Positions 19,412-28,415 of a DNA stretch of 64,000 nt are shown here, in pieces. The DNA is taken from positions 224,001 through 288,000 of the forward strand of contig CBDHDG010000003.1 in NCBI GenBank assembly GCA_965261595.1. The letters run 5' to 3'. Position 1 is the first letter of the stretch, and the number at the start of each line of letters is the position of its first letter. The position numbers and the translations under genes were made by a program. The notes beneath the pieces were generated by a model. That model had not been told where the DNA came from, made no database searches, and saw only the letters and a list, made by a program, of their open reading frames with translations. This DNA comes from a bacterium. GTDB taxonomy: Bacteria > UBA8248 > JACPRG01 > G963555815.

Positions 19412-21079
19412 CCCGCATTTCCCATATGGATCATAAGTTTTGTCGGACCGAATGCCATTTTCTCGTGTAAGATCAAGGTGTTGGCCTCTCCCTGCCATCA
19501 TCTTGCGAGGGGACCCAATGGGTGAAGCGAAGAAGGGGGCTTTGAAGATCCGTTTTGACCGTCGGCTGAGGCTTGAGTTTCACGGAACCAGAATCACTTC
19601 GGATGCAGGATTGCTGGCCTGCCGGGAGCTGGATGATGCGCTGGGTTTGACGGTGAGAGCGCCAGTGCAATTGCAAGAGATCCGTCATGGCCGGAACATC
19701 CAGCATGAGTTGGCGCCGCTATTGCGCCAGTCGGTCTATAGCCGCTTGGCAGGGTATGAAGACACCAACGATGCCGAGCGGTTGGCCCAGGACCCCGCGA
19801 TGCAAGCCGTGGTCGGCCGCCGAGCGCTTGAGAAGCAGGCGGCGGGCGCCAACACCCTGAGCCGGTTCGAGACCGAGGTTCTCACCAAGGAGGAGAATCT
19901 CAAGGGGCCGGAGCGAGCTGAACCGGGAGTGGGTGGACCGGGCCATGGCACACTCACCCCATCAGCGAATCATCCTGGACATGGACAGCTCGGAAAGCCC
20001 CGTCCATGGGGAGCAGGAAGGTACGGCCTACAACGGCCACTTTCGTTGCACCTGTTATCACCCTCTTTTTTGCTTTAACCAGTTCGGGGACTGCGAAGGG
20101 GCGATGTTGCGCCCCGGCAACGTGCACAGCGCCGATGGCTGGCGCGAGTTGCTTTCGCCCATCGCGGCCCGGTATGAGCGGGCGGGTGTTCGCCGTTACT
20201 TCCGAGCCGATGCCGCCTTTGCGCGCCCGGAGGTCTATGAGTGCCTGGAAGCGCACAGCTTCCTTTACGCCATCCGCCTTCCCGCCAACGACGTGGTGCA
20301 GCGAGAGATCGACTTCCTCCTCACCCGCCCGGTCGGTCGCCCGCCCAAGAGACCCATCATCTTCTATTACGACTTCCGGTATCAGGCTGGAAGCTGGGAC
20401 CGTTCCCGGCGGGTCGTGGCGAAGGTGGAATGGCACTCAGGCGAACTCTTCCCTCGCGTCGGATTCATTGTCACGAACCTGACGGCTCGACCCGAGGGGG
20501 TCGTGCACTTCTACAACCAGCGAGGCACAGCCGAGCAATGGATCAAGGAAGGCAAGTACGCCATGAACTGGACACGCCTTTCCTGTCACCGGTTCGTGTG
20601 CAACCAGGTGCGGCTCCTTCTCTTCGTCCTGGCGTACAACCTGGGCAATTTCCTGCGCAGGCTAGCCTTGCCCAGGGGGCTCAAGCACTGGTCGCTGCGA
20701 AGCCTCCAGGTCAAGCTCATCAAAATGGGCGGGAGGATTGTGCGGCACGCCCGGCAGATCATCTTTCAATTGGCCGAAGTAGCGGTATCCAGGGAAGAGT
20801 TCGCCATCATCCTGGACCGAATCAACCGATTACGGCCGGTGCCGGTCTAACCTTGTGCAGAGGGTTCCCGGCAGCATGAGGTGATTGGTTAACGGGTTGA
20901 ACCGCGAATAAAGGGGACCGAAGGGCGAGGGTCCGCCTTTTGGGGCAGTCGATGGCCGTCAGCACCTTGTTGCGGAGGGTTGGAAGGCTCTTGACAAACC
21001 CATCGGAAGGGGATCAACTGGTTTTCATCGGGAAAGGGGACCGGAAACCACCCAAGCAAGTTGATATGGGAAATTCCGG
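19412..21079 (+). mobile_element. IS1380-family element A (1668 bp) with 5-bp target duplication TTATA
   Basis: IRL CCCGCATTTCCCATAT, IRR ATATGGGAAATTCCGG; TTATA at 19407-19411 and 21080-21084. Confidence 0.92.
19518..20850 (+). pseudogene. IS1380 transposase, +1 frameshift near 19910
   Basis: TSDAGLL, GYEDTND in frame 1; LDMDS, HGEQEG, RADAAF, YNQRGTAEQWIKEGK in the next frame. Confidence 0.88.
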
Positions 21080-21154
21080 TTATAACCAATCCAAATCAGC
21101 GTATCAGGGGTTTGACGAAACGGCATCCCCGGAATGAAGGAGTGATGAGGCCCG

Positions 21155-22249
21155 ATGAAAACGGAATACTCAGCGGTCATGGAGGGCAAGGAGCGGATGA
21201 GCCTCCGGGAGTTCCCGTTGCCCGAAATCGGCGAGGACGACGGCCTCATGCGGGTGGAGATGTCGGGGGTGTGCGGGTCGGATTACGCTTGGTTTCATGA
21301 AAAGGTGAAGCTCCCGGAGTACCCCGTCATCCTGGGCCATGAGATCCTGGGCCGCCTCGAGAAGCTCGGCAAAAAGGTGGCGGACCGTCTCGGGCTGGCC
21401 GAGGGGGACCGGGTCGTGGTCGAGTCCCGCATCGGCTGCGATGGGTGCAGATACTGCAAGGCGGGACACTATGTCTTTTGCGAAAAAGAGCTCGGCTACG
21501 GCACGACGGTCTCTTGCGCCCGGCCCCCGCACCTTTGGGGGGCTTACGGGGAGTGCCTGTACATTGCCCCGGGGACCCGGGTGCACAAGATTGCCGAGTC
21601 CGTTCCGGCCGAGGCCGCCGTCTTGACGTGCGGCGTCCTGGCCAACGGGATCCGGTGGGTCCATCAAAAGGGCGGCGTCGGGATTGGGGACGTGGTGATT
21701 GTCGAGGGCGTCGGCCAGCAGGGGCTGGCGGCGATCATCGCCTCCAAGGAGGCCGGCGCCCACCTGGTCATCGCGACGGGCGTCTCAGGGGACGAGAAAC
21801 GCTTTGCGCTGGCCCGCGAGTTCGGGGCGGACCACACCATCGACATCGAGGCGCCCGGCGCGGTCGAGCGCATTCTGGACTTGACCGAGGGTTTGGGCGC
21901 GGACGTCGTCGTCGACGCGACATCGAGCCCCGCCGCCTTGGAGACCGCCATCGACCTGGTGCGCAAGCGGGGAACCGTCATCAGCGCCGGCCTCAAGGGG
22001 ACGCTGGTCCGGACGCCCATCAACGTGGACAAGGTCGCCCTCAACGAGATTCGGATTCAAGGGGTGTTCACCCACGACGCGGAATCGGTGGTCCCGACCA
22101 TCAGACTGCTGGAGTCCGGGAAGTATCCGGTGGAGAAGATGGTGACCCACCGGTTCAAATTGTCCGAGGCCGAAAAGGCCGTTCAGTGCGTCGGGCGGCA
22201 GCTGGAAGGGGAGGACCCCATCAAGGTCGTCATCCTGCCGGAGGTGTAG
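21155..22249 (+). CDS. Zinc-binding (MDR) alcohol dehydrogenase family protein
   Basis: GVCGSD, GHE, CDGCRYC...C, EGVGQQG. Confidence 0.9.
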   Translation: MKTEYSAVMEGKERMSLREFPLPEIGEDDGLMRVEMSGVCGSDYAWFHEKVKLPEYPVILGHEILGRLEKLGKKVADRLGLAEGDRVVVESRIGCDGCRYCKAGHYVFCEKELGYGTTVSCARPPHLWGAYGECLYIAPGTRVHKIAESVPAEAAVLTCGVLANGIRWVHQKGGVGIGDVVIVEGVGQQGLAAIIASKEAGAHLVIATGVSGDEKRFALAREFGADHTIDIEAPGAVERILDLTEGLGADVVVDATSSPAALETAIDLVRKRGTVISAGLKGTLVRTPINVDKVALNEIRIQGVFTHDAESVVPTIRLLESGKYPVEKMVTHRFKLSEAEKAVQCVGRQLEGEDPIKVVILPEV

Positions 22250-22283
22250 CGGGAGGCGGGCAAGACGCCCGTTCTCACAAGGG

Positions 22284-22321
22284 GCGGCGCTGGCGGCTTC
22301 TCTGCCGGCGCCGCATTTTTA
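22284..22321 (+). terminator. Probable intrinsic terminator
   Basis: Hairpin GCGGCGCTGGCGG-CTTCT-CTGCCGGCGCCGC followed by ATTTTT, just after the dehydrogenase stop. Confidence 0.65.
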
Positions 22322-22496
22322 AAATGAAGCGCGCGTCCATTATTCCTGAGGCTGGTCCCCGTCCCGGCCCGTCACACGCCCATAGGGAACAGAATGCTGG
22401 AACTTGGTCAGCACCCGTGCGTTGGTAAATTATTGAACGCTAACCGGTTCAATCGACCTACACCGTTCGGTCGTTTAAGTTGCTGAGAAATGCGGC

Positions 22497-23846
22497 CTAG
22501 GGTCTCCCTGGTGCAAAATCCTCCAGTGTTCTCAGATCCGGAAGCGACAACGGCTCCTTATACAAATGTTGCTCTTGCCAGAGACCGCTCTCTCGGATCC
22601 TGGTTTTTGGCGAAAAGCTGCCCAACCAGCCTGGAGAGGGACAGCAAGAGCGACAGAGGGAAACAGTCGCAATGCCGCGCCGCTCGAATTCAAGGCAAAC
22701 CTCGCGATTTGGGACGGCGATGGTGCAAAACGAGAGATTCCGTGTGATATGTTCCGATACAGAATTTTCGACCTGCCCCTGTCTTTCCTTGTCGACAAAC
22801 GTCCCATAGCGCTCACGGTTTTTCCGTGAGGTGAGATCGAAGTCCCACGTTTTGAGGAATGGGTCGCCGTCCCTGTTGAGGAGCGCACGTACCAGGTTTT
22901 TGCGAAAGATACTACGATCCTTGTTCGGCGTTACGTGCTCCTTGAGACGTGCCCTCAGGTTGCCATCGCCAGTGTGACTGCCGATCCGCACGATACGCTC
23001 ACCAACATGGCCCGGTTCGGCGGCCTCAAACAGAAAATAGAGGCCATTGTCCGGAATCCCGTAATCAGGCGGTGAAAAACTGTGTTGTTTGAGCCGGTGC
23101 AAGATCTCGTGGAGGCGTGAGCATAACTCTTCTCTTTCAACCAATTGGCGCTGCGACGGATGGAGAAAGCTCCACGGGTTTTCAAACGCCCGCTCTAGCT
23201 CTTCCACGTTGCTCATCACGCGAAAGCGGCGCTTTGCATCGGGCTGATCAAACGGGTCGGTGTTTGCCGCTACCAGTGGCAGAACAGGTGGCGCCACACC
23301 GGTCGCCAGGTTCAACAGCGCCTCGGCGGCCTCGTCGGGCAGGTGAGCGGCCAGTTCCAGAATGGAGTCTTCGTTGGCCTTCCGCACATCTGCCAGCCAC
23401 TCGACAGGCAGCCCGCAGTCGAGCAGTTCATCATCCGACAGATGTTCATAGAGGGGTGGCTTGGGGAGATCGGGCTGTTCGACTTCCACGTACTTCGGGA
23501 CGGGGATTTCCTGGACCCGCTCGCGAATTTCCACCAACTGCGCCGCGCCGGTTTTCGGATGGGTTTCCAGCTTGCGCTGCTCAGCCCAGTCATAGGCCCG
23601 GTCGTGGTGATCCACATAGCACAGGAGTAGGCTCGTTTTGGTCTTGTGCACGATGATCCGCAGGTCGCGGCTGACTCGCACCGAACAGAAGTTTTTGTCC
23701 TTGGCCCTGTCGAGCTTGTGGAATTTCTTGCCCGGGGTGTCGCGCTTTATCTGAAGGTCGAAGGCTGTGGTCTTGACGGCTTTTTGCTCGTCGCCGGTCA
23801 ATCTCGTGAGGCTGTCAGTAAAGGTGTCGGCGATACGAAAGTCCAT
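22497..23846 (-). CDS. Chimeric protein: RelE-like/UvrD-helicase-family N-terminal region fused to a GIY-YIG-like nuclease domain
   Basis: MDFRIADTFTDSL...SVRVSRDLRIIVHK...YVDHHD...FLHPSQRQLVER, then no Walker A; then GLYFLFE...IVRIG...LRARLKEH...NKDRSIFRKN...LEFE. Confidence 0.65.
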   Translation of the reverse strand: MDFRIADTFTDSLTRLTGDEQKAVKTTAFDLQIKRDTPGKKFHKLDRAKDKNFCSVRVSRDLRIIVHKTKTSLLLCYVDHHDRAYDWAEQRKLETHPKTGAAQLVEIRERVQEIPVPKYVEVEQPDLPKPPLYEHLSDDELLDCGLPVEWLADVRKANEDSILELAAHLPDEAAEALLNLATGVAPPVLPLVAANTDPFDQPDAKRRFRVMSNVEELERAFENPWSFLHPSQRQLVEREELCSRLHEILHRLKQHSFSPPDYGIPDNGLYFLFEAAEPGHVGERIVRIGSHTGDGNLRARLKEHVTPNKDRSIFRKNLVRALLNRDGDPFLKTWDFDLTSRKNRERYGTFVDKERQGQVENSVSEHITRNLSFCTIAVPNREVCLEFERRGIATVSLCRSCCPSPGWLGSFSPKTRIRESGLWQEQHLYKEPLSLPDLRTLEDFAPGRP

Positions 23847-24460
23847 TACTTGTGGGGCCAAAAGTAATGCACCGGTGCCAGCCAATATTGCGATGGATCC
23901 CGTTCGCTCTCGTGGCGGATAGAGCTGAGATCATTCACCCACCTTTTTTCGAACCCCTCTCGTGCAGCGACCGCCGAGATGATGGCATCTCGCTCGTGTT
24001 CCTGTTTGTTCTTCATCTCTACCTTTACTGAGAACTGCTTGAAAAAAGTATCGCCTCTCTTCAATTTCAACGCGGCCATTACAGCTTTGGGATGAGTCTC
24101 CGTGACGCCGACATCCGGAAAGAGTCGTCGAATCCGGTCCACGAACATCATGCCTTGGACGAGTGCCGCGCCACGCAATGAGTTCACCGCTTACACCTGT
24201 CCACCGGAAAAACCGTACTCCCCTCTTAACCACTGATCCGCCATACGGGCGCTGGAACGCCCAGACGACCACCACAAAGGGGCATCCACTCCAATACCGG
24301 CAGGTTGCGCTTTCACGAGGTTCGTGACTTTATCGACGGCCTCATCCGCACAGTCCACACAACACGTCTGCGCCGACCCGTCCGATTTGAGAATAGCCAA
24401 TCCAAAACTCCCCTTGCCGCCCGGATCCGCACCGATCCAGATGTTGTTGCGCGACCTCAT
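23846..24460 (-). pseudogene. DUF429-like RNase H-fold predicted nuclease with in-frame TAA at 24191-24193
   Basis: IGADPGG, GVDAPLWW, RMAD, ETHPK, ERDA; the two ORF-track pieces are in the same frame (GGQV*AVNSLRG). Confidence 0.7.
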
Positions 24461-24483
24461 ACCTTGAACACCTCGAACCTCTG

Positions 24484-26551
24484 TCAAATCGATAGTTCAT
24501 CATTGAGAAAAGCCCTTGCGCAGGCGTAGTGCCAGTTTGTGTGCACGGGCTTGTAACGAACCGTTCGCCAGCCAGTTTGTACGGGCGCCTCAGATGACGC
24601 GTAGAAGACAATCTTTTCGGCAGGAAGCTGCTTGGTTAGTCGGTAAAACAACGGGAGATAGTCCTTTCCCCCGCTCTAGGGTTTTGTTGGACACTCGATT
24701 GATCCATGATTCATGGAGAAAGGGGTGTCGCGATGAACGAACAAAAGCAAGAGGGGGCTTTGGCGGAGGGCGCCCGCAGGGCGAACGGAGCCAAGGCCCC
24801 AGGGCATCGCAGTGAGCGGGGTCGGTTCTCCTGCCAGCGCAAGCGGGAGGCGGTCCTGCGTCTTTTGCGGGGCGAGAGCCTGGAGACGCTCTGCCGCGAG
24901 TTGGGCACGACAGCGGCTCGGCTTTCCGCCTGGCGCGAGGCGTTCCTTCGCGGGGGCGAGGCGGCGCTCAAAGCCCGCCCGGCGGATGAGCGGGACGAGG
25001 AGAACGCCCGGCTCAAGGCCAAGGTGGGCGAACTCACGATGGAGGGCGAGGTCCTGCGGGAGAAGATCGACCGCCTGGAGGCCGGCCGCCCTTTAGCCGG
25101 CAGGAGGTGGAGGCGATGAGTCAGGCCCGCTTCACCTCCACGGGCAGAGCCTACGGCCTGAAGCGGGTGTGCGCCCTTTGGGGCTTGGCGCGCTCCACGG
25201 TCTACGCGCAACGGCGGCGAGAGGCGGTCCCCGTTCATGAACGCCCCACGCCCAATAAGCGCGGCCCTGTGGGCCCGTGCACCGATGCGGAACTCCTCGG
25301 CCACATCCGGCAGGTCCTGGAGGACTCTCCCTTCCATGGCGAGGGCTACCGCAAGGTGTGGGCGAGGCTGCGCTTCGCGGGCATCCGCACCAGCAAGGAG
25401 CGGGTGCGTCGCCTGATGCGGGAGGCGGGGCTTCAGGCCCCCCACCGGGTGGGCAAACCCCGAGGTCCCAAGGCCCACAACGGGACCATCCGCACCGAGC
25501 GGCCCGACCGAATGTGGGGCACGGACATGACGACGACGGTGACCACCGAGGAGGGGATGGCCTCGGTGTTCGTGGCGGTGGATCACTGTTCGGTGGACTG
25601 CGTGGGGATCCATGCGGCCAAGAGCGGCAACCGCTTCGAGGCCCTGGAGCCGATCCGGCAGGGGGTCGCCGAGCGCTTCGCCGGCTTGGAGGCGGACGTC
25701 GCCGAGAGGCTTAAAGTTCGTCACGACCACGGCCCCGCCTATCTGTCCGATGACTTTCAGCGGGAGATCGCCTACCTGGGCATGACCAGTTCGCCCAGCT
25801 TCGTGCGGGCGCCCGAGGGAAATGGCTACTGTGAGTGGTTTATCCGCATCTTGAAGGAGAATCTCCTGTGGGTGCGCTCTTTCGCCACCGTAGAGGAACT
25901 GCGGTGGGCGCTGCTTGAGTTCAAGAACCTGTACAACCATCATTGGATTCTCGAGGGCTACGGCTACCGAACGCCGGCCCAGGCAAGGCAGGAAAAACTC
26001 GCTCAAGTTGCGGAGGCCGCATGAGGTCGAATACCCTCACCCGAGTGTCCAATAACCCAGGGGCGGTCCACCTTGCCACCAAAAAAGTAGATCGGCCCCT
26101 CATCATCAGGGCTCAAATGGCAGAAATCCTCATACGGATCGCCTTTCCCGCGGCGCTTATAGGCATCGGCATTACCAGAAAAGGTGATGTCATAGATGGG
26201 AAGGGGGTAGTTGGCACGTACGAGCCCCCAGCCTGCAGACAAAATGAGAACATTTTCAAGACCAAACTTGGAGACCAGTTCCCGATAGATCGGAGGTCTG
26301 TAGAGTCGGTAAGCTTCGAGCAGTTTGAAAGGGTTGTCGTGTCGGGTGTCATCATAATTATCGAGTTGCTCGCGCCACGACGTGCCCGGTCGGTCTGAAG
26401 GAGCATCGTCATCGGGGTGCGCCCATTCCCAGTCGCTACTTGCAGGGGTTTTTTCGGGGTGCGCGACAAACTTCACGCGCTTGCCAGCCTTCGTCTGGAA
26501 AAAGCCCGCTGAGGGCACCTTCGACCCAGCGCACTGAATCACAACTTTCAT
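24484..26551 (-). pseudogene. DUF6884/YaaA-like protein (219 aa when reconstructed) interrupted by IS3 copy 2
   Basis: Removing the IS and one CCTT gives a 660-nt open frame ...FFGGK|DYLPLFYRLT...TNWHYACA...; motifs VIQCAGSK, AYRLY, ILSAGWGLV, PIYDITF. Confidence 0.7.
24667..26070 (+). mobile_element. IS3-family insertion sequence, copy 2 (1404 bp), 4-bp target duplication CCTT
   Basis: CCTT at 24663-24666 and 26071-26074; orfA 24733-25119, orfB 25116-26024; only a few SNPs versus copy 1. Confidence 0.93.
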
Positions 26552-26685
26552 GATCGATTATCTCACAAATTCAGGGACAGAAGTTCTGCAACGGATTTAC
26601 CCGACAACTACTTTTTCGGTTAGTATACAAGGCGGGGAAATGGTGAGATCAAAAACTTCCTTGCAAACTCCGGCTTAAGACGCGG

Positions 26686-26746
26686 TGGGCCACTCTTGGT
26701 TTCTTGGACATTCGGGCGAGGGTAATCGACCTCATGCGGCCTCCGC
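26686..26746 (-). mobile_element. Solo diverged right end of a related IS3 element, inverted
   Basis: TGGGCCACTCTTGGTTTCTTGGACATTCGGGCGAGGGTAATCGACCTCATGCGGCCTCCGC resembles the reverse complement of the last ~60 bp of the IS3 copies. Confidence 0.8.
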
Positions 26747-26987
26747 GCTGCACAGGCTGACAAGCTGCCGGTGGCATCCATATTTAAAGACTCCCAGTTT
26801 AAAGAGGCGTCCAATATCCCCGAAGCTTTGTCAGCGAATGGATTCATCGGAACGGCGGTGCGCGTCCGCTCCAATGGATGTGTAACGGGGGGGATTGCGC
26901 TTGAGCAAGCCAGGGTTTAAAAAGGTGCGCTCGTTTCTCCCTTTCTGTTGACGTTCAATCAGGCTTGAATCACAAAAGGATTCGAAC

Positions 26988-28385
26988 ATGAAGGATTTGA
27001 GAACCTTCATCGAGGACATGGAAGAGCGCCACCCGGGTGAGATCCTGCGGGTCCAGCGCCCGGTGGACGCCCGGTTCGAGATCTCTTCCGTTATCAGACG
27101 CCTGCAGGAGGAGCGGAAATTCCCGGCGGTCTTCTTTGAAAGCGTCCGGGGAAGCGACCACGGGGTGATCACAAACGTTCACGCCACCCGGGAACGGATG
27201 GTGTACGGCATGGGCGTTTCGGATCGCAAGGCGATGCTCCGCGCCTGGAGCGAGCGGCTCGATAACCCCATCGCGCCGATCGACGTGGAGACCGGACCCG
27301 TCAAGGAGGTGATTCACTTGGGCGAGGCGTGCGACCTCCGGCGGCTCCCCATCGTGACCCACGCCGAGCAGGATTCGGGCGCTTTCATCACCGCCGGCGT
27401 CCTGATCATCCGGAATCCCGACACGGGCGAGCCGAACATCGGAATCTATCGCCACATGGTGAAGGGGCCGAACCGTCTGGGCTGCTTTATGAATGAGGGC
27501 ACGCACCTGTTCCATCTCCTGAAGAAGGCCGAGGCGAAGGGACAGGATCTGGAGTGCGTCATCTTCATCGGCCACCATCCCCTGGGCATCCTGGCCTCCC
27601 AGGTCCGGGGGGCGCTCCAGAACGAGCTGGCCACGATGGGCGGGGTCCTGGGAGAGGCGATCGAGATCGCCCCGGCCGAGACGGTGGACGTGCCCGTGCC
27701 GGCCCGGGCGGAGATCGCCATCGAGGGCAAGATCCTCGCGGGCGTCCGGGAGGAGGAGGGGCCCTTCGGCGAGTACACCTTCTTATATGGGGAAGCCCGG
27801 AATTCCCCGGTCATCGAGGTGTCGGCCATCACGCACCGCCGCGACGCCATCTTCTACGACGTGCACTCCCCGTATATCGACCATGTGAACTGCTCCGTCC
27901 TGGCGCAGGACGCTTATGTGTTCAATAAGATTCGGGCCTCGGTGCATAACATCCTGGACGTGTTTCACCCCTCGGAGGGCATCGTCCATACGGCGATGAT
28001 CCAGATCCGCAAAGAGACGGAAGGGCAGGGCAAGGCGGCGGGTCTGGCCGCGCTGGCCTCGGTGTACCTGCTCAAGATCGCCATCATTGTGGATGACGAC
28101 GTGGATCCGACCAATCTCGGGGAGGTCCTTTGGGCCATCACGGCCAGGACCCGGCCGGATCGGGACTTCGACTTCATCAAGGACGTGCATTGCGGCACGC
28201 TGGACGCCATGGGCGTTTCGGGAGAGGGTTGGCCGCAAAGGGGCGGCCTCAACACCAAGGTGATCATCGACGCGACGAAGCCCATCGATGTCCCGCTGCC
28301 CGACCGCTGCGACCCGCCCGAGGCGATGTGGCGCGCGATGGACCTCGCCGAGTATTTCCCGGACGGGAATTTCGGGTCGGGCTGA
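26988..28385 (+). CDS. UbiD family (prFMN-dependent) decarboxylase
   Basis: LPIVTH, NIGIYR, AEIAIEG, EEGPFGE, VDDDVD, KVIIDATKP. Confidence 0.9.
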   Translation: MKDLRTFIEDMEERHPGEILRVQRPVDARFEISSVIRRLQEERKFPAVFFESVRGSDHGVITNVHATRERMVYGMGVSDRKAMLRAWSERLDNPIAPIDVETGPVKEVIHLGEACDLRRLPIVTHAEQDSGAFITAGVLIIRNPDTGEPNIGIYRHMVKGPNRLGCFMNEGTHLFHLLKKAEAKGQDLECVIFIGHHPLGILASQVRGALQNELATMGGVLGEAIEIAPAETVDVPVPARAEIAIEGKILAGVREEEGPFGEYTFLYGEARNSPVIEVSAITHRRDAIFYDVHSPYIDHVNCSVLAQDAYVFNKIRASVHNILDVFHPSEGIVHTAMIQIRKETEGQGKAAGLAALASVYLLKIAIIVDDDVDPTNLGEVLWAITARTRPDRDFDFIKDVHCGTLDAMGVSGEGWPQRGGLNTKVIIDATKPIDVPLPDRCDPPEAMWRAMDLAEYFPDGNFGSG

Positions 28386-28415
28386 GGCGTTTCGCTCAGG
28401 CGAGAAAGGAACAAC

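Noticed and set aside
20991..21019. Outward promoter in IS1380-A driving the alcohol dehydrogenase
   Set aside because: TTGACA is present but the -10 (TCAACT) matches only 3/6; too weak to call without TSS data.
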